Assembly: GCF_006345805.1 (NCBI RefSeq)
Contig: NC_042998.1
Coordinates: forward strand, 161,634,001-161,698,000
Length of the DNA: 64,000 nucleotides
DNA from: Octopus sinensis
Taxonomy: Eukaryota
Direction: 5' to 3'
Shown: piece after piece, positions 27,848 to 37,050 of the stretch
Position numbering within the stretch: the first letter of the stretch is position 1
Layout of the letters: every line of letters starts with the position of its first letter
Notes under the pieces: model-generated
Databases searched by the model: none
Seen by the model: the letters and a program-made list of their open reading frames with translations, nothing else
What the model was told of the DNA's origin: nothing
Made by a program: the position numbers and the translations under genes

Positions 27848-28720
27848 CTAGCTTCAGATGACCCGCTCTACGCGCGGGTAAGAGTGTGGTTGTTACTTTC
27901 TGTTGCTTTCTCTTTGTTTTTTATCACCACATTCTCCCTCTTTGTTTCTCTCTTCTTTCTCTCTCACTTTCCCACTCTCTTACTCTTCCTTTCTCTCGGA
28001 CTCTCCCTCGCTTTCTCTATCTTTCTGTCTGCAATTTATAAACAACAAAAGATCTTGAGTAAGTTGAGAAAGAAAATATTTTGAAAGAGCAATCATAAAT
28101 ATCAGGCAGTGACAACGGAAAGGTCTGCTTCAAGGCAGACAGTAAAACACTGACATTTAAAATGGACAGACGAACTTGCGAGCTGAATAAAAAAAAAATA
28201 TTGGAAACCAAAGTTTGAAGGGATAGAATCTGAGGATAGTAGAGTCACCATGGCTGGCATTTCTTAACGACGGACAGCAACGTAGTGGCAGTTTAACGGC
28301 TGGCGTAAAATTTTGAACTTGATGTAAAAGAAAATTCGTAAACACCAAGTTTTGAAGTGATTCTTTCTCACGACAGTAGACTCACCATGGCAAGCATTCA
28401 AAACTTCTTCATCATGGACGGCAACACATAGACGATTTAAAGGCTGGCGCAAATTTTTTACCTTGATGTAACAGAGACTTCCTAAACACCCTCACCTGTA
28501 ACTTTTAATCCCCTTCCAGTCCCATTTAGACCCCTTTTCACATTTTGGTTAATATAACCCGATTTCATTCGGGTCTACTCGGGTCACATTTTATAAGATG
28601 AGGAATTTTGTCCTAGAGGTCACGCCTTTCATTTAAGGAAAAAAATAGTTGCCATGCAAACTCGCCAGCACTTTTAACATAGGTGTGCATATTTTCAGCT
28701 CAACCGACCACATAATGCAC
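27848..28720 (-). mobile_element. Non-autonomous Helitron-like element (3' end clear, 5' end uncertain)
   Basis: Minus strand ends with hairpin ACCCGC-gcgtaga-GCGGGT, 9 nt, then CTAG followed by T, the canonical Helitron 3' terminus. Body is CpG-rich with an internal tandem duplication and runs into (TA)n. Confidence 0.7.
28207..28490. repeat. Degenerate two-copy tandem repeat (about 140-bp unit) inside the Helitron
   Basis: Both units run ccaa.gtttgaag...agtaga.tcaccatggc...tttaa.ggctggcg.aaatttt...cttgatgtaa...taaaca. Confidence 0.8.
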
Positions 28721-28722
28721 AC

Positions 28723-28780
<58 letters not shown>

Positions 28781-28859
28781 GTACATATATACGCATTACA
28801 TATATATATGTGTGTGTGTACGCATTATATATACAAATGTATACACATTATATATATAC

Positions 28860-28908
<49 letters not shown>

Positions 28909-28962
28909 CAGATATATACATTATATATACATATATATATAGAACACACACACACACATATG
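28715..28962. repeat. Interrupted (TA)n microsatellite
   Basis: Direct reading. Confidence 0.95.
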
Positions 28963-29350
28963 TAAATTAACCCAATAAATATCTAATTCATAATGTTTGT
29001 TCTCATGATTGTGTGGTGTTGGTGGCGATGATAATTTTTCTCTATGAATGCAGACAGACGTAGAGAGAGAGAGAGAGAGGATGTGGGAGAGTGACAGCAC
29101 TGGCAAAGCGGCGGGGGAAAGATAGTAGACGCTGTCAAACGACGTTATAGGGAGAAAGTGAAAGGAAGGGAGGAAAGAGAGAGACTTGGCAGTGGGAGGA
29201 GAGAGAGAAAGATGTTTAGGGCAGAGAGACAGAAAATACCATTTATAAAATGATAATTTTAATTATTTAGAATGTTGAAAAGAATATTTTTAAGAGTAGA
29301 AAAGTATAATGGGACCAACACTATTTTGTTTTACCTGTTGTCTATCATAG

Positions 29351-29768
29351 TGTAACGTGAAAGGATCTATCATCGAAACACTGGCAGGGTGTCGAGATCC
29401 TTTCTAGTCACATACAAAAAATTCTTGTAGAAAACAAACAGACGAAACTCAGGTTAAAGGTGAACAGACAACTTGGTTTATTGATTCATGGTTGTACGTT
29501 GTCTGATGGGGGAATAGACAGCCTCTGATATATTGTTGGTGTTGGTCGTTGAGGTTGGTTGAAGTTGGTTGAAGCTGGTGTGTGGCTGTCAGAGCCAGGA
29601 AACCGTGACCGATCGCAGTGCTGTCTTGAGCCGAAGAGAGAGATTTGAGGTTCGCGGGCTCGAGAGATGTTTTCCCGCACATGCGCATGGGGAAGACTTC
29701 CGGTGGCCACCCGGAAGTAGTCCCATTCTGCGCATGCGCGCCGAACCCTACACTGTAGCATCACTACA
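29351..29768 (-). repeat. 3' LTR (418 bp)
   Basis: Starts tgtaacgtga and ends tcactaca; direct repeat of 33993-34408; abuts the PPT. Confidence 0.97.
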
Positions 29769-29780
29769 GGGCTCCCCTCC
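29769..29780 (-). promoter_or_regulatory. Polypurine tract
   Basis: Minus strand GGAGGGGAGCCC immediately upstream of the 3' LTR. Confidence 0.8.
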
Positions 29781-29895
29781 GAGTGCGAAGTACGGCAACC
29801 AGAATATTGTGGTGGTGCTGCAGAAAACAGAAGGCTTGCCGATCCCCAGAAGACTTGGTACATACTATTATACAATAATAAACATTTAAAGAAAG

Positions 29896-30356
29896 TTAAA
29901 TGTAAATTGTTTTTGAAAGTTTCTTGGGCCAATGCACTGTTCTGCCCGATTTTGTAACATACGGTGTGCTCGGGGCACCCGTTGACGGCGAGGGTGGTGT
30001 TGTAGGAGCCGGTGAAGGTGGTGAAGGTGTTTGTGCAGGTGAAGGCGTTTGTGCAGGTGAAGGCGTTTGTGCAGGTGAAAGTGTTGTTAAAGGTGCATAG
30101 GTGGGTGTGTCAAGGTTGTCATCAAAAGATGAAGACGTCTCAAAATGTGCTTTTTTAAACGGTCCACGGAAACGGTCTCCGAACGACCATTTATCTCAAT
30201 CGTGAAAACCTTTGGTGTGCGAGAAAGCACACGAAAAGGTCCTTTATAGGGAGAAACAAGTGGGCCCTTCACAGAATCGTCCCGAACAAAAACATGCGAC
30301 CAGGTGTTCATATCCGGTGGAAGATGGGACGGTGGAGATTGCTTTCTGGGAAGCAT
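29896..30356 (-). CDS. pol: Pol part 3: integrase C-terminus (GPY/F motif and Pro/Ser-rich tail)
   Basis: [25 protein letters not shown]...VSVDRLK. After a 1-nt slip in an A run it continues ...[16 protein letters not shown]...[19 protein letters not shown], with the stop at 29896-29898. Confidence 0.85.
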
Positions 30357-31607
30357 GGGCGGAAGGTTTGAAAAAATTCCCGCAGTCTGGTGACATAGGT
30401 CGCCGGATCATGGGGGCGGGAAGTGTCTGGCACCAACATCGTACCGGGCAATGCCAGTGTGGTACCATACAGCAGCTCTGCAGCAGAAAACCCCAGGTCT
30501 GCCTTGACAGCAGTCCGACAGCCGAGAAGCACAATGGGCAGAAATTCGATCCAGGACTGTGGGTCCGAAGAGGCACGAAGAGCGGCCTTGAGCTGTCTAT
30601 GGAACCGCTCAACCAATCCATTAGACGCTGGATGGTAGCTTGTGGTGTGGATATGGTGCATACCCAAAATTCGCGACAATTCGCGAAATAGCGAGGCCTC
30701 AAACTGTCGTCCACGATCAGTTGTCAATCGGGACGGGACTCCGAAGCGAGAAATCCAGTTTGAAACGAAAGCTCGCGCAACAGTCTCAGCAGAAATGTCT
30801 GCTATCGGAATGGCTTCTGGCCAGCGGGAGAAGAAACGATCGACACAAGTTAATAGATAAGAGAACCCGCGACTCACAGGCCATGGTCCAACCAGATCGA
30901 TGTGGACATGGCGAAAACGGGCCTCCGTGGGGGGAAATTGTCCAAGCGGGGCACGAACGTGCCGTTGAATCTTGGATCGTTGACACTTGGAGCAGGTGCG
31001 TGTCCAACAAGTAATTGTGCGACGCATATTCGGCCAGAAAAACCGAGCAGTGATTAGTTTGAGGGTGGCAGCGATGCCAGGATGTGATAAGGAGTGCAGT
31101 GCTTCAAACACTGAGCGTTGATGGGTCTCAGGCACCAGTGGCCTGGGAGATCCAGTTGAAGTGTCACAAAGAATGGTGCCTTCGGCTGACGGAAGCGGAA
31201 GGTAGGAAAACTGGCAACAGGAGAACTTGGGAGAAGTTAAATCTAACGACGCAAAGGTGGCTGCTCCTGCGATATGGCAGCTAAGTCGATAGCAGCAGGA
31301 GACGAAAGGCGCAAACTGGAAGGCGAGAGAGAGCGTCAGCAGGAACGTTCTCTTTTCCAGGTATGTGTCGAATGTTGCTAGTAAATTGAGAGATAAAATC
31401 CAGGTGCCGAAAAGCACGGGGTGAGAGTTTGTCCGTTTTTGAAAACAGGGCAAACGTAAGGGGCTTGTGATCCGTATAGATCACAAAATCTCGCCCTTCA
31501 AGTTGATGCTGGCTGGAAATGACGAACCGATAGATAGATCGCTAGGAGCTCACGATCAAAGGTGCTGTATCGTCGTTCAGCTGGTTGCAGTTGACGGGAA
31601 AAGAAGG
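30308..31607 (-). CDS. pol: Pol part 2: RNase H remainder and integrase (HHCC and DDE), frameshifted
   Basis: [13 protein letters not shown] and YTDHKPL...ADALSRL. Integrase shows H..SHPGIAAT...[17 protein letters not shown] and NGLVERFHR. Confidence 0.95.
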
Positions 31608-33257
31608 CTAGAGGTCGAACATGGTCATCCACTGTGTGTTGTAACACAGCGCCAAGGCAGTGTCCGATGCGTCCACAGTCAAAGAGAGAGAAGCACCAGG
31701 AACTGGATGTGCAAGCAAAGAAACAGAAGCCAGCTCCTTCTTAATGGACTCAAAGGCTGTCACTGCCTCAACAGAGAGGGTGACTTGACTGTCCTTTCTA
31801 GGAGAGTCCTTTAACAGCCTGGTGAGAGGTAGCAGCTTATCTGCACAAACGGGAATGAAGCGTCGGTAGAAATTGACCATCCCTAGATAATGCCTGAGCT
31901 GGCGCAAGGAAGTGGGGGGTGCGATGCGTTGAATGGCATCGACTTTTGACGAGAGGGGGCTGATTCCAGTCGAATCAATATGATGCCCTAGAAAATCTAG
32001 GGAAGAGCGTCCGAAAACACACTTGTCGGGGTTTATGCGTATGCTATACGCGCGAAGACGCTGGAAGAGTTGAGAAAGGTGCCGGAGATGATTTTCTCGT
32101 GTGTCGCTCGCAATGAGTATGTCATCGACATAGGCAAACACAAAATCAAGACCGCGGACAACCTCATCAATGAAACGCTGGAAGGTGCTAGTAGCATTCC
32201 GCAAACCGAAACTCATGTACAAAAACTCAAAACACCCAAACGGGGTAGTGATTGCAGTTTTTGGAACGTCGGCTGGGTTGACCGGTATTTGGTGGTAAGC
32301 GCGTATCAGATCGACCTTCGAAAAAATGGTACAACCATGGAGATTTGCTGTAAAGTCCCGGAGATTTCTAATCGGATAGCGATCGGCTATTGTGACGGCA
32401 TTGAGGCGTCGATAGTCTCCAACCGGGCGAAAATCAGACTCGCCCTTTCGCGCCAAATGAAGGGGAGATGCCCATGGGCTGGTGGAGGGGCGTATAATGC
32501 CAAGTTGAAGCATGTGCTCAAACTCGGCTCTGGCCGTTTTAAGTCGGTCTGGCGCTAGGCGCCGGGGGCGTGAGAATACAGGTGGCCCATTGGTGGTGAT
32601 GAAATGGAGGGTCGAGTGGGTAGGATTTTCCGGTTTAAAGGCAATGTCCACTAGCTCCGGAAATGAAACCAAAAGAGAGTGAAATGGGTCTCCAGAGGTG
32701 GCAACAAAGAATGTCGGGCTAAGGACCGCAGTGGTGGAACTCCCAGTCGGTGTAGAGAGCGACGTCGTGCTATCAAGAAGCCTCCGACGCCTGACATCCA
32801 CCAATAGGTTAAACCTATCCAGGAAATCAGCGCCGAGAATAGGATGTGGGATGTCAGCGATGACGAAAACCCATCGAAAGTCTCGGCGAAGGTTGAGGTT
32901 GAGGCGCAGCGAAATCTGACCGTAAGTGGTTATGGGAGACGAGTCAATAGCATGCAAGACAATCGAAGAGCGCTTCGGCTTGTCTGCAGCCAGACGAAGG
33001 GGCCAGATGCTGCAACAGGAACCGGTGTCTACCATGAAGAATGTCTTCGACACCAGATCTTTTACATAGAATGCACGATGTTTGGAAACGAGATGGAAGA
33101 AGGTGACGTGCTCACCTCCTCCGGATTTAGTTTTCCGAGGGCTTGAAAGTGCACGGCTGGGTACACCGATCTGCCCTTTTGGTAGAGCGACTACGACTGC
33201 GTTGTCGGCGCTCGATCGCACGGGATAGATCGTCGATTCGCCGCGTGAGCGCATCAA
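31608..33257 (-). CDS. pol: Pol part 1: aspartic protease, reverse transcriptase and start of RNase H
   Basis: VDTGS protease motif; PWASPLH, DYRRLN, FSKVDLIRAYHQIP, MSFGLRNA and YVDDIL RT motifs; LTVDAS RNase H start. Confidence 0.96.
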   Translation of the reverse strand: MMRSRGESTIYPVRSSADNAVVVALPKGQIGVPSRALSSPRKTKSGGGEHVTFFHLVSKHRAFYVKDLVSKTFFMVDTGSCCSIWPLRLAADKPKRSSIVLHAIDSSPITTYGQISLRLNLNLRRDFRWVFVIADIPHPILGADFLDRFNLLVDVRRRRLLDSTTSLSTPTGSSTTAVLSPTFFVATSGDPFHSLLVSFPELVDIAFKPENPTHSTLHFITTNGPPVFSRPRRLAPDRLKTARAEFEHMLQLGIIRPSTSPWASPLHLARKGESDFRPVGDYRRLNAVTIADRYPIRNLRDFTANLHGCTIFSKVDLIRAYHQIPVNPADVPKTAITTPFGCFEFLYMSFGLRNATSTFQRFIDEVVRGLDFVFAYVDDILIASDTRENHLRHLSQLFQRLRAYSIRINPDKCVFGRSSLDFLGHHIDSTGISPLSSKVDAIQRIAPPTSLRQLRHYLGMVNFYRRFIPVCADKLLPLTRLLKDSPRKDSQVTLSVEAVTAFESIKKELASVSLLAHPVPGASLSLTVDASDTALALCYNTQWMTMFDL

Positions 33258-33607
33258 TCCGCTCGGCTAGTGAAATTTGCGCAGGGCCCCTTATACATGC
33301 ACAGAGGCCTCGCGATGGAGATGGATTCGGAATTCCAGTATTCCATCGGCCATCGTGGCAATCTGAATATTGCTCTCCCCCGAACGTGTGTTGCGGCGGA
33401 GGATTTCTGCTTTCACAGACGCGTATGTGGCATCCGGGTGGGGACTTATTATTAGATCCCTGATCGATGCGGCGAGTCGGGGATGTAAGCCGGATATAGC
33501 AGGTGCAACTGCTGCTGTGGAGAAATGGCATGTGCATCAAAATACCACTCCACTGGGCAAACCACAGGCCCCATATCCCCCGTAAATGAAGGCAAACCTG
33601 AAGCCAT
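33127..33607 (-). CDS. gag: Gag, short and frameshifted
   Basis: ATG at 33607. Joining frames gives MASGLPSFTGDMG-WFAQ-EWYFDAHAISPQQQLHLLY...LAASIRDLIISPPPDATYASVKAEILRRN..., typical of this gag class, ending ...RSRSRSTKRADRCTQPCTFKPSEN*. Confidence 0.8.
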
Positions 33608-33980
33608 GCCTTTGTCGGAAGGAATCTGTGAGAAGGGGGCAGAAGGTATGGTCTAGAAGTGGAGAGAGAACACGTGGAACCGAGAAGGCAATTCAAAATT
33701 GTGTTTGTGTGTGCACCTCGTGGGTAGCAAAAAAAGGAATAGGTGTGTACAAGGAAAACAAAATACAGAAAGGAAAAAAAAATGAATGTGTGTGTGTGTT
33801 TTTCTTTTCTTGTTTTTTTTTTTTTTTTTTTGTACTGTGTGCGATGAATAAGGCTATTTTACCCACCTCGCCGTGCTGAAAAGGAGAAAATAGGAAAATA
33901 AATGTGAATTTCGCGCTCTTCGGCCCCCAAAAAAAACCTGTTCGCTGTGTCTTCTTCTATCCTGTTCTTTTTCTCAACTA

Positions 33981-33990
33981 GGGGTCACCA
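33981..33990 (-). promoter_or_regulatory. Primer-binding site complementary to the tRNA-Trp 3' end
   Basis: Minus strand reads TGGTGACCCC 2 nt after the 5' LTR; eukaryotic tRNA-Trp ends GGGGUCA-CCA. Confidence 0.85.
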
Positions 33991-33992
33991 AT

Positions 33993-34408
33993 TGTAACGT
34001 GAAAGGATCTATCATCGAAACACTGGCAGGGTGTCGAGATCCTTTCTAGTCACATAAAAAAATTCTTGGAAAACAAACAGACGAAACTCAGGTTAAAGGT
34101 GAACAGACAACTTGGTTTATTGATTCATGGTTGTACGTTGTCTGATGGGGGAATAGACAGCCTCTGATATATTGTGGTGTTGGTCGTTGAGGTTGGTTGA
34201 AGTTGGTTGAAGTGCTGGTGTGTGGCTGTCAGAGCCAGGAAACCGTGACCGATCGCAGTGCTGTCTTGAGCCGAAGAGAGAGATTTGAGGTTCGCGGGCT
34301 CGAGAGATGTTTTCCCGCACATGCGCATGGGGAAGACTTCCGGTGGCCACCCGGAAGTAGTCCCATTCTGCGCATGCGCGCCGAACCCTACACTGTAGCA
34401 TCACTACA
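33993..34408 (-). repeat. 5' LTR (416 bp)
   Basis: Direct repeat of 29351-29768, differing by four small indels. Minus-strand AATAAA is present (plus ggtttattg). Followed on the minus strand by the PBS. Confidence 0.97.
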
Positions 34409-34765
34409 ATAGCAACAATTTGGCACAGCGGCCCCTTGTCCCAGGTATTTCTTTGTATTTGATTTTGTCTTGTGTGGGAGATGAAAAAATATTATGTAAA
34501 ATTAATTTGGGTGGAATTATACCTATGTAAGTTAGGTAAGTCATTATATATATTCCTGTTTTCCTGTTAATTTAATTTATATGTCGTATAGTAAAAAGTT
34601 TTTACAGCATGGCAATATATATATAAAACCCTGAAAAATAACGAAAATGAAACAAAAAAAAAAAAAAAATCATTTCAATCAGGAAATGTGCAATGGAGAT
34701 GGCAGAGGCAAGAATGTTTTGCTTTAAACACAAATTGCAAATGTTTCAGAATATGGAATATAATA

Positions 34766-36282
34766 CACCATGTTTTTCTTTTATTATGCAGGTCAATCAT
34801 TCCTCAATAAAATCAAAACCCCTCATCCGATTTTCTTGAAATTTTTACGGGATATGTAAGATTATATATCCCATGTCTTATGTACTTTTCGTCTAAATCG
34901 GTGAACATTTAAAGCGGAAATGAGAAAAAAAACATTTTTATAGGGTGTTTCTTTTTATTAGGCAAGTTGACAAATATATTAACTACACGTAATGTGACTT
35001 TCATATAGAACTATATATAACAAGACCATTAATATATACGTATATCTTCCACCATATAATTATATTTATAAACAATTATGCATATATTTTACATCTTTAT
35101 ATAGCCTCCTTTACCATCTATAACTAAATATTCTCTCATCAATTGATTTTGTCAATTTCTCAACAATCTCACTTTTAATATTACTTGCAGCAGTTTTTAT
35201 TGCTTCCCATAGTAAATACTTGTTTAGATATTGTTTACCATTAGAATATACATCGTTAATAACTGACCACCAATTCTCTATTGGGTTTAGATCTGGAGAT
35301 TAGCGTTTGCATTTCATTATCTTATGTTCTTTGAAACCTTTCTTAGCTAAATGATTAATAGTGAGATTGACAGAGTGTGAAGGGGCGTTAGCATGCATAA
35401 ATACGTTCTTTAACTTGAAACTTCGCGACGTTGACTTGTATCAATGGAAAAAGTTGCAATAATTTTCGGCATTTATTTTGACTCCATTAGCAACCTTAAA
35501 TGGTCCTGTGATGTCTGCTCCAACTATACCAACCCAAAACGTGATTCTTTCACCACCCTGTCGTCTTCTAATCATGTTAGTTGACTTTTTCCATGTAACA
35601 CCCAGCCTCTAGAATATCCATCAAATCTGTCTAATGTTGCTCTGCATTCGTCAGTAAAAATTACATTTGTGAAGTCTATCTTCATATATCTTTTTGCCCA
35701 CATCACTCTCTTTTCATCGTATACTTTATTTAGAGGAGGTAATTTTGCAAAATTTATGACTTTGCCTATTTCTTTTAGCATTGTGCAACGTTTTTCCTTT
35801 TGTATGTTAGAAATTCCTGCTTCTTCAAAGATTTGTTTTCTTCCTTATTCTTACTCTCTCAATATTTTGTTCCTGTTTTTTTTTTGTTCTGTGATCTCTA
35901 TTTAGCTTTTTAGAAATTATAATTGTTGTATCACATTCTCCCTCTAGTTTCACTATTTCTTTCTTTTCCTTTGATGTTATATCTTTACTTCGACCTATTT
36001 CTATATTTCCTGTATCTAAAATCAAGAAAAAAACATTTCAAAATGCATTCAAAATCACATAGAGGAAAGCAGTATCTTGTTAACTTGCATAATAAAAAGA
36101 AGCACCCCCATAAGCGTGTTTTCCTTCATTTCCACTTTAAATGTACACTAATTTAGACGAAAAGTACATGAAACATGGGACACATAATCCTACATATCCC
36201 GTAAAGATTTCAAGAAAATCGGACGAGGGGTTTTGATTTTATTGAAGAATGATTGACCTGCATAATAAATGGGAACATAGTG
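34766..36282 (-). mobile_element. Tc1-like DNA transposon, DD37E (TRT-like), decayed, long IR/DR TIRs
   Basis: TA on both sides (34764-65, 36283-84). About 207-bp inverted repeats (34766-34973, 36077-36282), each with two copies of a ttttatta(t/g)gca core. Transposase relic lies between them. Confidence 0.92.
35089..35998 (-). pseudogene. DD37E transposase pseudogene
   Basis: (I)GRSKDIT N-terminus, VIFTDECRATLD, FMH(A)NAPSH, SPDLNPIEN and GKGGYIKM*. There are 37 codons between the second catalytic position (35390-92, D changed to A) and E (35276-78). Stops and frameshifts are present. Confidence 0.9.
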
Positions 36283-36439
36283 TATACTTACAAAAATTAA
36301 AGGGAAACAAATTCAGCTGTGATCGCTGTTCCAAAAGGGCGATGAGGGAGGTGCATGCCATTTAAGATACATGAATTAAAAATAAATTGTTTTCCTCTAA
36401 AAATGTGGTGTACAGGTTTTTTTCAGAGAATGGAAGACT

Positions 36440-36750
36440 ATAAAACTGGCACTCTGTCGGTTACAATGATACAATCAACACAACAGCTTGCTTGTGACAT
36501 TAATGTGCAAGTGGTTGAGTACTCCACAGAGATGCACACCCTTAAAGTAGTTTTCAGAGAGATTCAGCATAATGCAGAATGTTACAAGGCTGGCCCTTTG
36601 AAATACAGGTACTAATTATTTTTGCCAGCTGAGTGGATTGAAACAATGGGAAATAAAGTGTCTTGCTGAACGACAACACCCTGCTGGAAATTGAACTCAC
36701 AACCTTACAATCCTGAGCTGAATACCAAAACCACTCCACCATGCACCTTC
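36440..36750 (-). mobile_element. tRNA-derived SINE, second family
   Basis: Homologous to 53870-54145 (minus) and 46810-47090 (plus); head-type ggaaattgaactcac at the right end. Confidence 0.75.
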
Positions 36751-36943
36751 ACTGGAATGATATAACTAGCTTTTTTTAATGGTGGTGATTGAAAAAGTCA
36801 TGGACTGAAAAGTATTATTTTTCTTTTTAGAAAAGGCTCCCTCCACGTATTCTGATGTGTGTGTGATGCAAAAAATAAAAAAAGATTGAAAAATCCTAGC
36901 GTAAACGGAGAGACTCCAACATGTGGGACAGCTATGTTGAAAG

Positions 36944-36945
<2 letters not shown>

Positions 36946-36985
<40 letters not shown>

Positions 36986-37050
36986 CATCTATCCATCCAT
37001 CCGTCCGTCCGTCCGTCCGTCCGTCCGTCTGTCTGTCTGTCTGTCTGTCC
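36946..37050. repeat. Compound tetranucleotide microsatellite CTAT-CCAT-CCGT-CTGT
   Basis: Direct reading. Confidence 0.97.

Larger units (their letters stand above)
29351..34408 (-). mobile_element. Full-length Ty3/gypsy LTR retrotransposon, CsRn1-like clade
   Basis: Two near-identical TG...CA LTRs (29351-29768, 33993-34408). ATAG directly flanks both ends (29347-29350, 34409-34412). PBS and PPT are in the expected places. Minus-strand domain order is gag-PR-RT-RNaseH-IN. The clade call rests on the tRNA-Trp PBS, the 4-bp TSD and the gag N-terminus. Confidence 0.97.

Noticed and set aside
29449-29932. ORFs over the LTR and 3' UTR as a possible env or accessory gene
   Set aside because: They lie mostly in LTR sequence; only about 115 bp separates the pol stop from the PPT; no signal peptide or transmembrane pattern.
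30212-33463. Plus-strand ORFs of up to 162 aa inside the gypsy
   Set aside because: Antisense shadows of GC-rich gag/pol with no motifs.
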